A stretch of DNA of 46,509 nucleotides, the filler included, from Sphacelaria rigidula (lineage: Eukaryota), in the NCBI GenBank assembly GCA_964200075.2. It is 2 parts of 2 records of this genome, joined end to end, with 100 filler letters (N's around TTAATTAATTAA, not from the genome) between each part and the next. Parts side by side here need not be neighbours in the genome. Positions count along the whole stretch, not along the records: positions 1 to 23,209 come from CAXNAA020000277.1; 1 more part is not named here. One strand, given 5' to 3'. The notes below the pieces were generated by a model. The model made no database searches, was not told the origin of the DNA, and saw nothing but the letters and a program-made list of their open reading frames with translations. The translations under genes were made by a program, and so were the position numbers. The stretch's first letter is position 1, and every line of letters starts with the position of its first letter. This document shows positions 1 to 13,200 of the stretch, piece after piece.

Positions 1-114
1 CACCTTCCCCTTGATTAGACGATTAATACGATATGCGGATCACGGCCCAACTCATCTGTGTCGATGAGATATTGCTTTTAGAGCTTAAATCCGATTTTAG
101 GCTGGCCCAGCTCG
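1..114. mobile_element. End of a CGAGCTGGGCCAGC-TIR (Tc1/mariner-like) non-autonomous element
   Basis: Near reverse complement of 23837-23950, ending in GCTGGCCCAGCTCG. Confidence 0.8.
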
Positions 115-189
115 TGGCACTATTGGGTGTCGGAGGTCGCTGAGAAACCTATTTATTTTGGCTAAATTAGAGAGTTTCGGAAGACCCTA

Positions 190-350
190 TTTTCTCATTT
201 CAGAGTGCAAATATCTCAGGATCAGTGTGCAAAATAAAATAAAGAAACTCACTGGAAAAAGTGTAGGGGATACCACAGTTGACGGAGGGGGAAATAATTT
301 TTGTTTACAATCTAATATTGAGATATTTTCACTCTGAAATGACAAGAAAC
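190..350. repeat. Inverted repeat
   Basis: TCATTTCAGAGTGCAAATATCTCA versus TGAGATATTTTCACTCTGAAATGA. Confidence 0.7.
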
Positions 351-922
351 TTGCCCGCGGAAAGTTAATAAATATAATAATATTGGGTCTAATCAACAGG
401 GTACCTTTTCCAGCTTTCTTTTTTGTCACCTTTTCTCACCAAAATTTGGCTTCTTCCCAGCTTCTTCGTGAAAAACAGAGTGCTGAAACAAATGCGGGGT
501 TGGATTTTCGGAGAAATATGTAGTCAATCAGTCTTGACTTGACCTAATGCCTGACACGGTTGAGAAATATGTCACTACATTTTACGAAGAAATCGGCTCT
601 TTCTTTCCAGATTTTGTCGGAGATTTCGAGCGGCGGAGGCGGGGCACAGACCAATCAATAGTGAGACTCCGTCGAGAGTAACCAAAAAGTGGCTCACTTG
701 GCTTTGTGTGTACCAGGGTAACAATCTTCGGTGGAAAGTATCCTCCACATAAAGAGGTTTTTGTATCGCGCGACGTAGCTGCTGTGGTTGTAGCTGTAAT
801 AATGTCGAGTGCCTAGCCACCGACTCCATCTGCTTTTTTTTTGCCTATCGTTTTCTGAGCTTTTTTTCGCTTTTCTGCGTCTCCTTTTGTTTTTCTGCCC
901 CTACTTTTTGTACATCGATAAA

Positions 923-1032
923 AGCTAGGCTAGCATAACGGTGGGGGACTGCGTGGGGAGCCCTGATTTGACTCGACTTTTGAACTGAGCTCACCACGTG
1001 AACCCCGTCCCCCACCGTAGTACTGCCTGGCT
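923..1032. repeat. GC-rich hairpin
   Basis: ACGGTGGGGGAC..CGTGGGGAGC versus GCTCACCACG..GTCCCCCACCGT. Confidence 0.65.
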
Positions 1033-3921
1033 TAACTTTTGGCGTGAAACGTGAATCATGAACGTTGAAGAGCCATGAAAGGAGGTTTTTTGCCCGGGGA
1101 AATCGAAAGTCTGCGCTCTCCTATTGGAAATCTGCACCAATTGTACTCAATCCTCATTAAAATCTGCTATATTTTCTGAAAATCTGCGACATATTTCGGT
1201 TTCCCCGAGGTTTCCCTGCTGTTTTTTCGCGGCCACTTTTCTGCGCAAAAATCCGGAATTCCACGGACGTAGCTGCTGGGATGGAGTCAGTGCCTACGCG
1301 TGCCTATGTCGGCATGGATTCAGACTTTCTCAACGGATAAAATCAAAATACAAACGGTGCCTCAAGACTCAACATGAACTTGAGAGGGGATGTACAAATA
1401 TACAAATTAGTTTTGTTGCATGCGAGGGCCCCTCATCGACCTGCCATGCACTATAGAAGTAAGTACGGAATGTCTGCCGAATTCTAGCCGTATGGAGTAC
1501 GGGGAACATGAGAGAGTAACATAGAGTCCCACTTAGATCGACTAGAACGACGTGTCCGCGAGGGGACATGTGCACTCTCTTTACACACCATCGACAGCCC
1601 AAAAAACCTTGAAAAAATACCCTGTAATACGCCTTGCCAACTACTGTTGTGAACCGCCCCATGGTGGGTAAAATGTAAAATGACCTTGAGTGTTGTGGCT
1701 GTGTGTTGTGTGCTGTCATCCCATCAAAAGACAATGCTGTGAAAAAAATTCGGTGCTATCTCTCTGTCGCGCAGTTCTCTGGAACATGTAAGTCACCCCA
1801 TCTCTCACGTGCACCATGTAACGAAATTTCCACCACAGAGACGTATTTCATCCCTACGGGGCCATGAATTGCGTAACCTGCAGTTTTCTTAGTTTTCTAC
1901 AAACTGGTTGCTTGTGTGCTCAGGTACTGGTCACCATCCTTCCAAACCAAGCCAACCCAAGCTTGAACCGTTAACCACGAGTTTAGCATGTTGGGTCGTG
2001 ATCAACGTCTTACATTTATCGAGCGGAAATGATGCCGATTCAGGAGATAGGAGATGACCACCATCGGTGACCAGAAAGTTGACGCTAGTCCTGACCGGAA
2101 CCCAAATTATGGACCTCCACGAAAAGAGAGGTTCACGCTGGACTGGAGACATTGGTCGTAAAAAGCAGGCGGTACCAAGGAAAACGTCGGGGGGGGGGCA
2201 GGGCGGAGGGGGGGGATCAGAAGCCGCCTCGAAATGCCGTAATGACGACTTCGGGTGCAGGGGATACGTGCTCAAACAGAAGTGCAAAGTCTTCAAGAAG
2301 TGAATTTACAGTACTGTGCACTCTGCTGTACTCCCAGGAAGAACAACTATTATCTGTACTGTACCGTACTGATTTGCAGTCAGTAGCGTTTGTATACATT
2401 TACAGAAGTACTACTACTGACTGTCTGCTGTACCACTGTGTACCATGCGGTGACACTACGGAACCGGAACACTTTCGAAGACTCAGCAAATGGCTCTTTC
2501 AGAGTTGAGGAACATGGGGCGCGGGAGGTGCTGTGTGCGCGTCGTCGTCATGCTCCTGTATCTCCAAGATTACTCGCAACAGGAAGTACCTCTTTTGCCC
2601 AGCCTGCTGTCTAATAATGCTCATGTCTGCTCATTTCACACACGCACATGTGATCGACTGCAACAAGTGAAATTATGGACCACGATTCAAGAAGTTTTCC
2701 GTGACAGGTCCATTTGCAGGAACTGAATGAAACTCGCCATCAGTTTTCCCCCACGATTGCAATCCAGCATTCCTTGCCTGCAGGTATTGGCACTCGTCCC
2801 AACACTCCCCGCTTGTGTTCCATGTTCCATATGCAAACGTACGTCTGGGTTCAAGCAAAGACCAAGGCGAACCTCATGTTTGAAAGAATACGATCGGCCG
2901 TTGATATCACTGATGACTGTGAAGGTAAACTGCGGAACAATGGTTGAAACATGCGGCGAGATTTCGGAGACCGGACGGGTCGAGGGGATAGGAAAAACCC
3001 GTTACCGTACAGGTGAAGCCTCACACCTGCGTGAATGACAGTCGTAGATGAAAGCACAGACTGGGGGGTAGCCTCAACAGAATCGGGAGAGAGTATTGCT
3101 AGTGGCGAGAGCGTTACAGAGAGCGAAAGAGGGACAAGGAATCCTACCGTTGCTAAAACGTTTGTGGGGGATTTTCTGTGTTTGTGTCCTGTATGTGTGC
3201 GTCGCATGGGACGGAGGCAGTACCAAATTTTTGAAACAACTACTGTTACGAAAGTCCTTCACTTCTAGGGGTTCCCACTTCGCATTTTCCGCCTCTGCCT
3301 CACAGCATTGTTTCAGGCCGCCTGTGCATTGGCATTTGTTGGGTGGGTGGGCGGGGTGCATTGCATCTTGGGTGGCGGAAGAGAAGCGCGGCGCATCGAC
3401 AGACGGGAAGGCAGGCAGGGTTCGCGTCCAGGACACGGCAAGAAGGAAGGCAGCTCTGACTCCCAGTATCAGTACGGTTCACATTGGGTTCCAGTGGTGG
3501 AGGACGGTATCTCCTACGAGGTGAGCTGCAGGGAGAGAGTTGAACTAACCATCTCCAGGCGCCACTCTTTTTTAGTACACTACGACATGCAGCGCCCCGG
3601 CCGGTGTTTTAACCTCTCTGGCGTTTGGTACCTCACACACGGGGTCCGACGTCCGCCATGAATTGCAAGACCATCACTGCGCACCACTGACTTGAGATGT
3701 CCAGCGCGCGAAGTGTCTAATTGACGCAGCACACAGCGTTCACTACACCCCCCCCCCGTGTCCAGGAGCGTAGGGAACACTAATGATCCTCTTTCACCAA
3801 CCAACCCACCTCGTTTTCTCCCTTCGCCTAAATACGTCTTTCGGGCAGATTGTTTTTGGGGCCACTGAAGAAACACGGCAGGAAGACAGGAGACAACATC
3901 CTTTTTTTCCGCCATTCATAA

Positions 3922-4214
3922 ATGGCCCAGCACGCAACCCCTCCTCGAAGTGAACCTTCACCCCCGGAGCCCCAGCAGCGACAACCCCTGCATCGAGGTA
4001 GGTCATCTAGTATGCTATCACCTCGCCTACGAGCTGCGGCTTCGGGTAGTGCTGGCTCGCCCATCATTTCTAGCGGACCATCACGCCCCCAGCCGGCGCA
4101 GTCCGCGGTAGCAGGCAATCAGGAGGGCGGTGGGAGTAGCATAGCGCCTGCTTCTCCATCGGTGGATGGTGGCGGGGGAGGGAGCGGCGCGGTAACGGCC
4201 TCTTCTAGTGAAAG
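3922..4214 (+). CDS. MIT protein exon 1 (low-complexity S/G/P-rich N-terminus)
   Basis: ATG at 3922; donor AG|GTATGT; phase 2 matches the exon at 10981. Confidence 0.65.
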
Positions 4215-7200
4215 GTATGTTCGAGGCTCTTTGTAGATGTATGGCTGTTGCCATTGCTGTGATTTATGCATTTGCCACGCACGCAGCCTCGTTCACCACG
4301 GGTCACTGCAGTACGCTCGCCTGTCTCCCAGTTCTTTCGGTACATGCCAGGTTGACTGTTCTGGCTTGTGGGCGAAAACTGGTCCCGTCATGCACCGCAG
4401 GAAGATTGTGATACTAGTTTATTGAAGTGCAAAGCAGATGTGACATTGATCGTTTGTCGCGAGTGTGTTGAGAGAGCATCCTCACTACTCTGGGTATGTT
4501 TCCCCCACAATCATCACTACGTGAATTCGCACTTAACTGTCACCACGAGGTGGTCATGAAATTCATGAATTCAGGTGTGCTCATGTCGTTCCCCAGTCTC
4601 CGAGGCGGCCTAATCCACAGCGCGGGTACTTGGCGATAAATGTTTTTGCACACAAATACACACAAGACAGCAAAACATCGCAGCCGGCAAGTGATCCGAA
4701 GTCCCGAACGACGAAAATATCACGCGTTTCGCGTGTCCTATTCTCACCACAGCAAGTGTGTTTCAGCAACATCGCATGGCGAAATGCACGATCACTGTCA
4801 CCCGCGTAGAGCTCTCCGATGCAAAATTTTGTTGGCATTTACGTCGTCAACCTGTCAATCTCACACATCGACACATTGAGGATAGCAGATTGTCCTTTCC
4901 TTCCACAACAGCATGGCCACGGCTCGCCATGGGTGTAAGCAGACAGAGCTGTTCTACCTCCATCAGTCACTAGCAGGGGCTAGCACCGAAGCTGAGATTC
5001 ATGGTTGACCTTGCACACGGAGCATTACCGAAACACTATGAAGGTTAAAAAAAAAGCTTACAACAAGATGCCGATGTGAAACTCCTCGTACAGTAAATTA
5101 GTCCAGTATGGTCAACATGAGAGTAGATGTACCGGCACACGGAAGCCACGCTGTGCTTTTTCGGCAAGAGAGTAGGTCTCTCATCCCAACATACCATTAC
5201 AAGAGGTATCTCAAACTCGAGATTCCCGTCATATATCTCACTAATTTTCAGTCAACCCTTTAGCTTGGACTAAAATGCGGGTAGTTGATCTGGATTACGC
5301 ATCCTTTTTCAAGTAAAATTCATGCTGATTCAGAAGGTGACCTACCTACCTCGCGGTGAATGGGCTAAACACACCAGGAACGTCGGGTTTGAGCTACATC
5401 GACTAAGCCACTGAACGAGAAGACGCCGCCGACGCAAAACTTCTCCCGTGCATTTTCCTGGATACCACCGTGCAGCATTATATTTGTCGTCGGTGTGAGT
5501 ATGTTGAAAAGTCAGCAAACCACCGTCACGGTACGATCATGACGCCACTGCCCAGAAACCAGAAACGAGAAACTTCTCCTGTCGGAGAGCAAGGATTGTC
5601 ATGGCACACGTGTGGTTCATGGAGCGCCCGGAGATGAACACATCTCGGCAGTCGATGGGCTTCCAGGCCATCCCCACCCACACCAAATCAAAAGCAATTT
5701 TCATCGCGAGCTCAAATAATGCAGTCTCCGATGTGCTCCGCCAAAGCAACGTATGTATGTCGAGAGTTGAAACAATACGCCAGGATCCGGAACGTGCCTA
5801 TTGTGGTGGGTCCTAGCACTAAAGATTAAAAAAAGCGGAAACCGAAAAATATGAATGAACACACCCCACAAGTTATTTCAAAGCCCTGTGCCGAGAATCC
5901 TTCATGACTCGACATGACTGCACGGTCAGCACATACTACCTTACTGTCTGCACTCTGTAGTACTGCTCTGTGCTGTGCGTTCCTAGATTGGACTGGTGTT
6001 TTTGATCTTGAGTAGCGTCGGAGTTGTGCCTCACTTGCACCGCCCATTACGGTATGGACCTTGATGCCTTCCAGCGAGCATCTGGTCCTCTACAATTACA
6101 CATATGAAAAGCTCGGTGCGAGCCACTCCTCTCGTCTGGTCAGGTCCTTTTCTTGGGTCGGGTGAGGATCTTCGGGATCCTATCCAACTGAAGATGTGTG
6201 TGTGTGTGTTAACCCTTAGACTGCCAGATTAGTCGTCCTGGATCATGCATACTTTTTTTCACTTGAAATTGATACCGATTCAACATAAGACTAACCTCGC
6301 GGTCCAAGGGCCATCTATTCTGGACGCCGGGCTGCACCTGCCAGTATATTTGAGTGCTCTAGTTAAGGTCACACGGGAAGATGGAGGTCAACACAGAAGT
6401 TTTTCTTCGCGCGTTTTCGTTTTCCCCCGTCTATCGTCAAGTCGATTTTTGCCTAAACACGCCAAACCACTGTCGCTCTTGAACTGATGAGCATTGTGTG
6501 TGAAGAAATCCCGGATCGCTCTGAGATTTGAACCCTCGACCCAACCGTCAGAAAGGGCCGAGGTTACCAACTGAGCCACCAGCGCGACCGATACGGTGAG
6601 CTTACCGCAAAAGCTACTAGATAGGGTGAAGGGAATTCCGCCGCGACCAACTCGCACGGCGGGGCGAAGACAAAGGGGAATTGTTCTCGTGCTTCTTGTG
6701 TCCTACATACCAGCTCGTGTAGCATAAACATCTCTTCATATATCGACTACGAACATGCGGATGTGTCTCTTGGGGCAAAATCTCATCACATTCTTGTTCC
6801 ACAAACTCGAGTTCGTCTACCGAAATGCGACTGACTCGTTGTGACTTGATTTCCTACTTCAACAAATTGAAAGAGATGAGAGAAGCGTTTTTTCTGCGAT
6901 ATGATGGGGAAGGAAAGGCCGAGAATTTCGCCGCGAGTCGCAGGATGTATCACGGCTTGATGAGCAAATTGATTGGAATCAAAATGGTCATTTGCGCGAG
7001 TACGCCGGTCATCCCGGTGGCTCAGTCGGCAACCTCGATACGCCATGACAGTTTGGTGAGGAGATCGAATCTCGGAGCGATCTGGGATTTTTTCTCACAC
7101 AATGCCGAGCAGTGGAGAACGACTGTGTCGTGGGTACACAAAATTTGATTTTACGGTCAACGTGGTAGGGGATGTACTGAACTCCTCTCGTGATGATGGA

Positions 7201-10200
7201 ATACAGGAGAGGTCCGCAGAAGGCAGTCAGAGAATTAAACAACTGAAAAAAAAACAAGCTCCTGTGTTGCCCTCCTATTGTGTAACCCCGGCTGGTGCGC
7301 CCACATATACCGAAAGGTGTAGACCGACGTCCAAAATAAAGGGGATGATGACACACAAATGCGACTACGGTGTTCCGCCCTTGCACAATTCTCTGCTTTA
7401 CGTCGTAGCAGTGCCCACAAACAGGTGGGCCTATCGCTCAAGCTGCGTCACTCTGGCCAGCATTTGAAATTGTCAGCACCCGAAAGAAGTGAATCCTACT
7501 CTTTGCAAAACGAAATAGAAAGTTTCATTTTTTTGGGATTTGCGAACGCGAAAATACCGATTAATCACACATGCTGTTTTGGATTGCTGACCGACGAATC
7601 AGGATAAAAATTGCCGATGGTCCTGATCGTCTGCTGCCCTGTCCAGCGTCGCGCTATACATTTTCCACCTGGAATACTCGTGCATGAATGTTTTGTTCCT
7701 CCGTGTGCGAGGTTCTTTTAACCCTTAGACCGCGAGGTTAGTCTTCTGTTGAATCGGCATCAATGTATAGTGAAAATAAGTGTACATGACCCAGAAAGAC
7801 TGATCTCGCGGTCTAAGGGCTAACCCTTAGACTGCGAGGTTAGTCTTCTGTTGAATCGGCATCAATTTCAAGTGAAAAAAGTATGCATGATCCAGAAAGA
7901 CTAATCTCGCGGTCCAAGGCGGTCCAAGGGTTAACCCTTAAACAGCGAGAGTAGGTCATCTGTTGAATCGGCATCAATTTCGCTCGAAAAAGTATGCATG
8001 ATCCAGAAAGACTACCCTCGCTGTCTAGAGGTTATTCTGTTCATGCACGGTAATTTGATGTTCACCTACACCTGAATTAATGCACCGTTGGCCGGGTCTG
8101 AGGAAAGTTGGGGCCCGAAATGGATTCATGAGGTTTTGGCAATCTAATCTCGGCACCGTTGTGCGTGTGTTCTCCGACATACTGTCCATTTCGTGACATG
8201 ATATGTCGATTGTCGGTTGGTATTCCTGCACAGCGTATATTATGCCGCTCTCGGCATTTGTTGTACCCGCAGCGGAACTTGCCCCACTCCGGAAACTCCA
8301 TTCCGCCCAGTCTTATCGGTATCGTCAGCGAAATTATACCAAATTAGCCGATCTTCGTCGAGCAACCCCAGTGAACGAATCCGTCGAGGCTTACTCGCCG
8401 TAATGGGACTTCATCAGATTCGGCCTCCATGTGTCCAGGACACGCCAAATTTTAAATTGCTAGATGAGGTACCGCTGTATAAGCGCTGTATACAGTAATT
8501 GGTAACTGGCGAATAGTTGCTTTTTCATACTGGTTGTATCGAGTACTCCAAACACAATTTACTTTCCAAGCAAAACTTGTTCAGCCCCTTTCACGTTTCG
8601 GTTTTGGCCCGTGTGACGCGGGTTACAGATATGGTAGAACAATTTTCGGTCGCTACACTCATAGCGGGTCACGGACGACGGGCGTTCTTCGTGTTTTTTT
8701 ACCTGCTCCGTGCTTATCCAGATGTTCGAAAACACAGATACTTCTGGTTCGATCGCGATTCACCTCAAATGACCCACGTATCAAGCCTCTAGCTCTCTAG
8801 TCGAGAACTCCTTGATTAAAGCGCCGCCGAGCACTCCCCCTTTGACAAGCACGGGTCCTGAGGGCTATCGCTCTCGTCCTGCAGTCTGTAGTTTACTTTT
8901 TCCGTCCGCCGATGATATGATATGTCTTGGTGAAAGCAAGGTTGTTCTCCTGGTGCCAGGTCCGTGTCCAACCGCAACATACATATTGCTGCGTGCATGT
9001 GGAAGACAAAAAAAAAATAACAGTCTAGTTCTCCGCAACACAAAGGGCAACATGCCATTGCTTTACAACACACAACAGTGAAATAGAACCGTTGCAGACG
9101 CCCTGCAGGGTTCTTGACGGTGTGATTGATGGCTGTTCCCTCTCCACCTTAAAGGTGACCCTCGACGTGTCGTTGTACAGTTCTCTAGGCGCGTTGCGCT
9201 TCGGACGCGTATCCTGAGTCGGTCATGAAATATTAATTTGTGCTTTTCGTGATCCACATGCTCGAGCATCGGAGGAGATCGGAGATTGCGGGTAGCTTGG
9301 TGCTTTCGCAACTCGTGCTTTTGGTGTTGACGCTCATGCTGGCCTCAACCCCTTGCCCGCGAGGGTAGTCCACCTGGATCATGCATACTTTTTTCGAGTG
9401 AAATTGAAGCCGACTAAACCAATGACACATGGTCGCCGTTATCGCGTTGATACCAGTGCCATACCCTGAACGTTCATCACCGTTCGCGCCTCGCACTCAC
9501 ACCCGCCAACATCGAATTGCCCTTAAAGATCGTTGGAAAAAATCGCAGGATTTGAGAAGCCATGGGAACAACAATTGATCCTGACTTCTTATTGGGGTCG
9601 GCAGTAAAGTAGACTGCAGCACTTCCCTGTGTTGTTGGCTGACCACGTCCCCTGTTTTGAGTGGAGGCGAAACAGGTACCGCACGCTTCGTGAAAAAGAA
9701 CCTGGAAGCTGGTTACCTGTCCTGCACAGAAGCAATTAGGAATTGTTTGTCGGGGAAAACTTTCACGCGTTGAGTAGATCATCAGCGCGACCCCTGACCC
9801 GAGCAGAAGGCTCATGCCGAGCTGAGGACGTTAGGTGTTGTAAAGAGGGATGTGTGCGTGCAAAGACCCTGGAATCGAGTGGGAACGTGCGGTGCGCAAG
9901 CTGGTCGAGCACAAGTGACGGCCTGGCCGGCTAGATCCGAATATGATTGATTTCGAACCAATCGTGTTTTCACCATGAATTGAGACGATAGCCAGGTATT
10001 GCGATACCACGTTGTAGGGCGTGCACTCCGAGAGGGATGCGTTGATCCCCTGACACCACGGCCTCGTTACGAGAAAACGGAGGAGTTGAAAGCGAAAATG
10101 AAAATTATTTTTGGCGCTTGAGGCATATTCAGATCCATACAAAAAGACAGTCCACCTCATCATGCGCAGTATGCCTCACGGGCGCGGATCTGATCTCCAT

Positions 10201-13200
10201 CGATGCACGCCTTGCCGGCAAACTGTCTGCATATCCCTTTCACGAGTGTTCTCGGTATGCCTCGGATCAGTTTCGAGGATCTTGTATGATGGATCAAATC
10301 TTCAAGTCGTTCGCCGTCCCATTATGACGACGGTCTTATGCCAACACCACACCACATGCCGTCCGACACCGACAAGCATGTTTGAACATCGTTCCTGCAG
10401 ATCACGGGGAGCATAAGCTTCTCGCGTCTCGAGGGCCTATGCTGGATATACATATATTCCCGCATTGGGTGCCTCTGCCTCATCAGCATCATCATCACTT
10501 GGAGAGCTGGTCTATCCATGCTACTCCGCGCTGACTTGCCTGTCCACATGCTCTCGACATATGAGCAGGTTGTGTCGATTTACTTTCGCCTGCTCTTCTC
10601 TCCCTCAATCTGGTCGCGCCTATTTTATTTAGATCACAAACCGATGCGTGCCCACGGGCTGTTGCTGCCGAATCTTACAGCTACGGTGGATCGTCTTGTG
10701 AACTGGCACTATCTTGCTTGAAAAATGTTTCCAACACCATCCTTGGCGGTTAGAGAGCGGTGTGTGTCTTGTTTATCCGTTTCCGATCCGCAAAACCTCA
10801 GATCCGTCATTGCTCAATCCTCAACCTTTGGATTCCACTTGGACCAACTAAATGGGGGCTCATCTACTTGCACACTGTTGATGGAAAGATATGCCTTGGC
10901 CGTAGACGGAAAATATTTTCCTTCCCCCCCCCCCGCCTCTTCAAACGTAAATTACAACGGATGGCTGAAACAATTCGCAGATGGAACACGGTGAGCAATC
11001 GAGGAGAGAAGGGAAAGTATATGGTGATGGGAGTGCTGTCGAGCGCATTGGACTTGGCGAAGGCTGCAGTGTCGCATGATGAACAAGGCATGCTACCGGA
11101 GAAGGTCCTTCCCTATTACAGAAAGGTTCGTGAAAGTACAGGGCAGCGCTTGAGTGCTGGCCAGCGTTGTGGTGCGCTACTTGTAGACGACCCGGTTTCT
11201 CTGGATATTCTGACACTGTACCTTTCCCTCACCAAGCCGAGCCTCGAGATGAACCAAATATTATGGCTCTTGAGGGTGCCTGTTATTGATACTGAGCGAG
11301 CTGTATTCGGCTTGGCGATCAAGCGGGAAGGATGCTTCTTCCCGTTCTGCCAGGCCGCTTGGCTTTCTTGGACCGCGTCATCAACATGAATACGTGGGTA
11401 CGGCAGCGTTACTGAAAAAAGCGTTGCGGAGCCGTACTGAACACATGATAAATCCGTCACTGTGAGGTATTGGCGGAAGATTCAGAGCCCCTGACCGAAC
11501 CTTGGAGGGGTCTGGGGCCGTATCCTATCAAATTGTTTTGGACTCGAAAACGTGCGGTCGAGTCGAATTCGCTCGTTTCTGATTCGTACACGCTACTAAT
11601 TTTCTGAGATGGTTAAGAACATGAATAACGCGGACGTATCAGTTAGGAGCTAATTTGATTCCACCGTGCGTTTTCGAGTCAAAAACAACGTGATGAGACA
11701 CGACGGCCTGAGACCAAGTCGAGGAAAAGTGACCCGATAAGCTCCTTTTGGGCGGTCCGCATTCTCCTACCGGATGATGGGGAGAACATGTGCTATTGCA
11801 ATATTCCCGATTAAACGAAATAGAAGATGCTACGAAATGCCGTCCTGTCGATGGTCGTTGCGGCTTTGCGCGAGCACTACTCGGATATATCATGGTCGAG
11901 TGTACTTTTCGTCGCCAAATCCGAAGGCTTACTTCTATCCTGAGGCATACCGCGAACCCTCCGGGCAAAGTGGTGGTGTACGAGGTTGATTCCCTTCACG
12001 AAGAGCTGATACTCGTTCCATCACCTGGCACCGTTACGGCCAGATGGTTTCGTACAACATCATGGGGCCGCGAGTAGTCAACTCAACGTTTCTGCATTCT
12101 GTAACAGGGACCTATCCGTTCATGGAGACAGTGGCATGATCTCAACTCCTTGGTCGCGAGGGTACTAAATCTGTGTCATTCCCCATTTCTCCGAGTGGAA
12201 GTTGTGCCGACTGAACAGCTGACGTGTGCTCACGGCCAAGTGGGCAATCCTTTCGAGGGAAGGGGTGGGTCATCTGGGACACGCACCAAATTTTCAAGTA
12301 AGAGTAATGCCGAATTGACAGATGACTCACCTACCTTGCTTGTCAACCTCTTGACCACGAGGGTAGGCCACCTGCTGAATCGGCATCAATGTCAATTGAA
12401 AAAGTATGCTAACCCAGATGGACTACCCGCAGAGCAGTCGGAGGGACAGCCAGCAACCACCAGCAAGGACCTCTTGCAACGGTCTTGACCCTTCGAACAT
12501 CAGGGCAGGTCATCCGGCTGGTAGGCGGGTTAGGCGGGTAGCCATCGAAGGGAATGTACTGTATCCCCTTTTTCAGGAACGACCGCTGAGTGATCGCTGC
12601 GATACAGCCCCCACAAAATGTGCCCAAGAACCTCCCTTTAACCCTTAGACCGCGAGGTTAGTCTTCTGTTGAATCGGCATCAATTTCAAGTGAAAAAAGT
12701 ATGCATGATCCAGAAAGACTAACCTCGCGGTCTAAGGGTTAACCCTTCCATGTGAACAGTAGGTCATGCGTTGAATCGGCATCAATTTCACTTGGAAAGG
12801 GTATGCACGATCCAGATGGACCACCCTCGCAGTGTACTGGTTGGAAAAGGTATTCTAGAAAAGGAGATTTCCGGACACCTCGAAGGGCAACATGTGTGCC
12901 CCGCTGACAGAGACACATCCCAAAGCTTGCTACACAACTCAACACAAGTAGAGGTGAGCCTGAGGATGTTAGTTCTCCCGCAAACCGCAAACACACAGCT
13001 CCAGTCGTAGCCGCTCGTCAGCTGAGCACGTTGTGCGTGACCTTGCCCAAATCTGATTCAGGAATCAATTGTGAGACGGTGATTTGGGTGAGATGCGCAC
13101 ACAGCACCCTCATCAAGTGTGGGTGACGGCACTTCTCGATTGTAATTTGACACGCACGCCGATTGCCCAGGTTGCTCTGGTTGGATCGTGGTCTTCAATG

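Larger units (their letters stand above)
5990..8800 (-). mobile_element. Highly decayed Ty1/copia LTR retrotransposon relic, fragmented by SINEs and MITEs
   Basis: Frameshifted motifs read by eye on the minus strand, in copia order: integrase-like (GGMEF..CRER.I.QEY..NG..SE, ~8150-8320), RT-like (SQ..F.DEL, ~6810-6840) and RNase H-like end (GIKVH.V..SEAQL.D, ~6010-6080). Confidence 0.45.

Noticed and set aside
7718..8034. CRISPR-like array
   Set aside because: Units are wholly homologous with no unique spacers, have TIR/TTAA structure, and occur in a eukaryotic context without cas genes.
9430..10450. Decayed piggyBac transposase
   Set aside because: Only a vague ISID-like string; no other catalytic motifs.
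10760..11389. 209-aa ORF as a single CDS
   Set aside because: Only 10981-11125 is exon; the rest is intron read-through.
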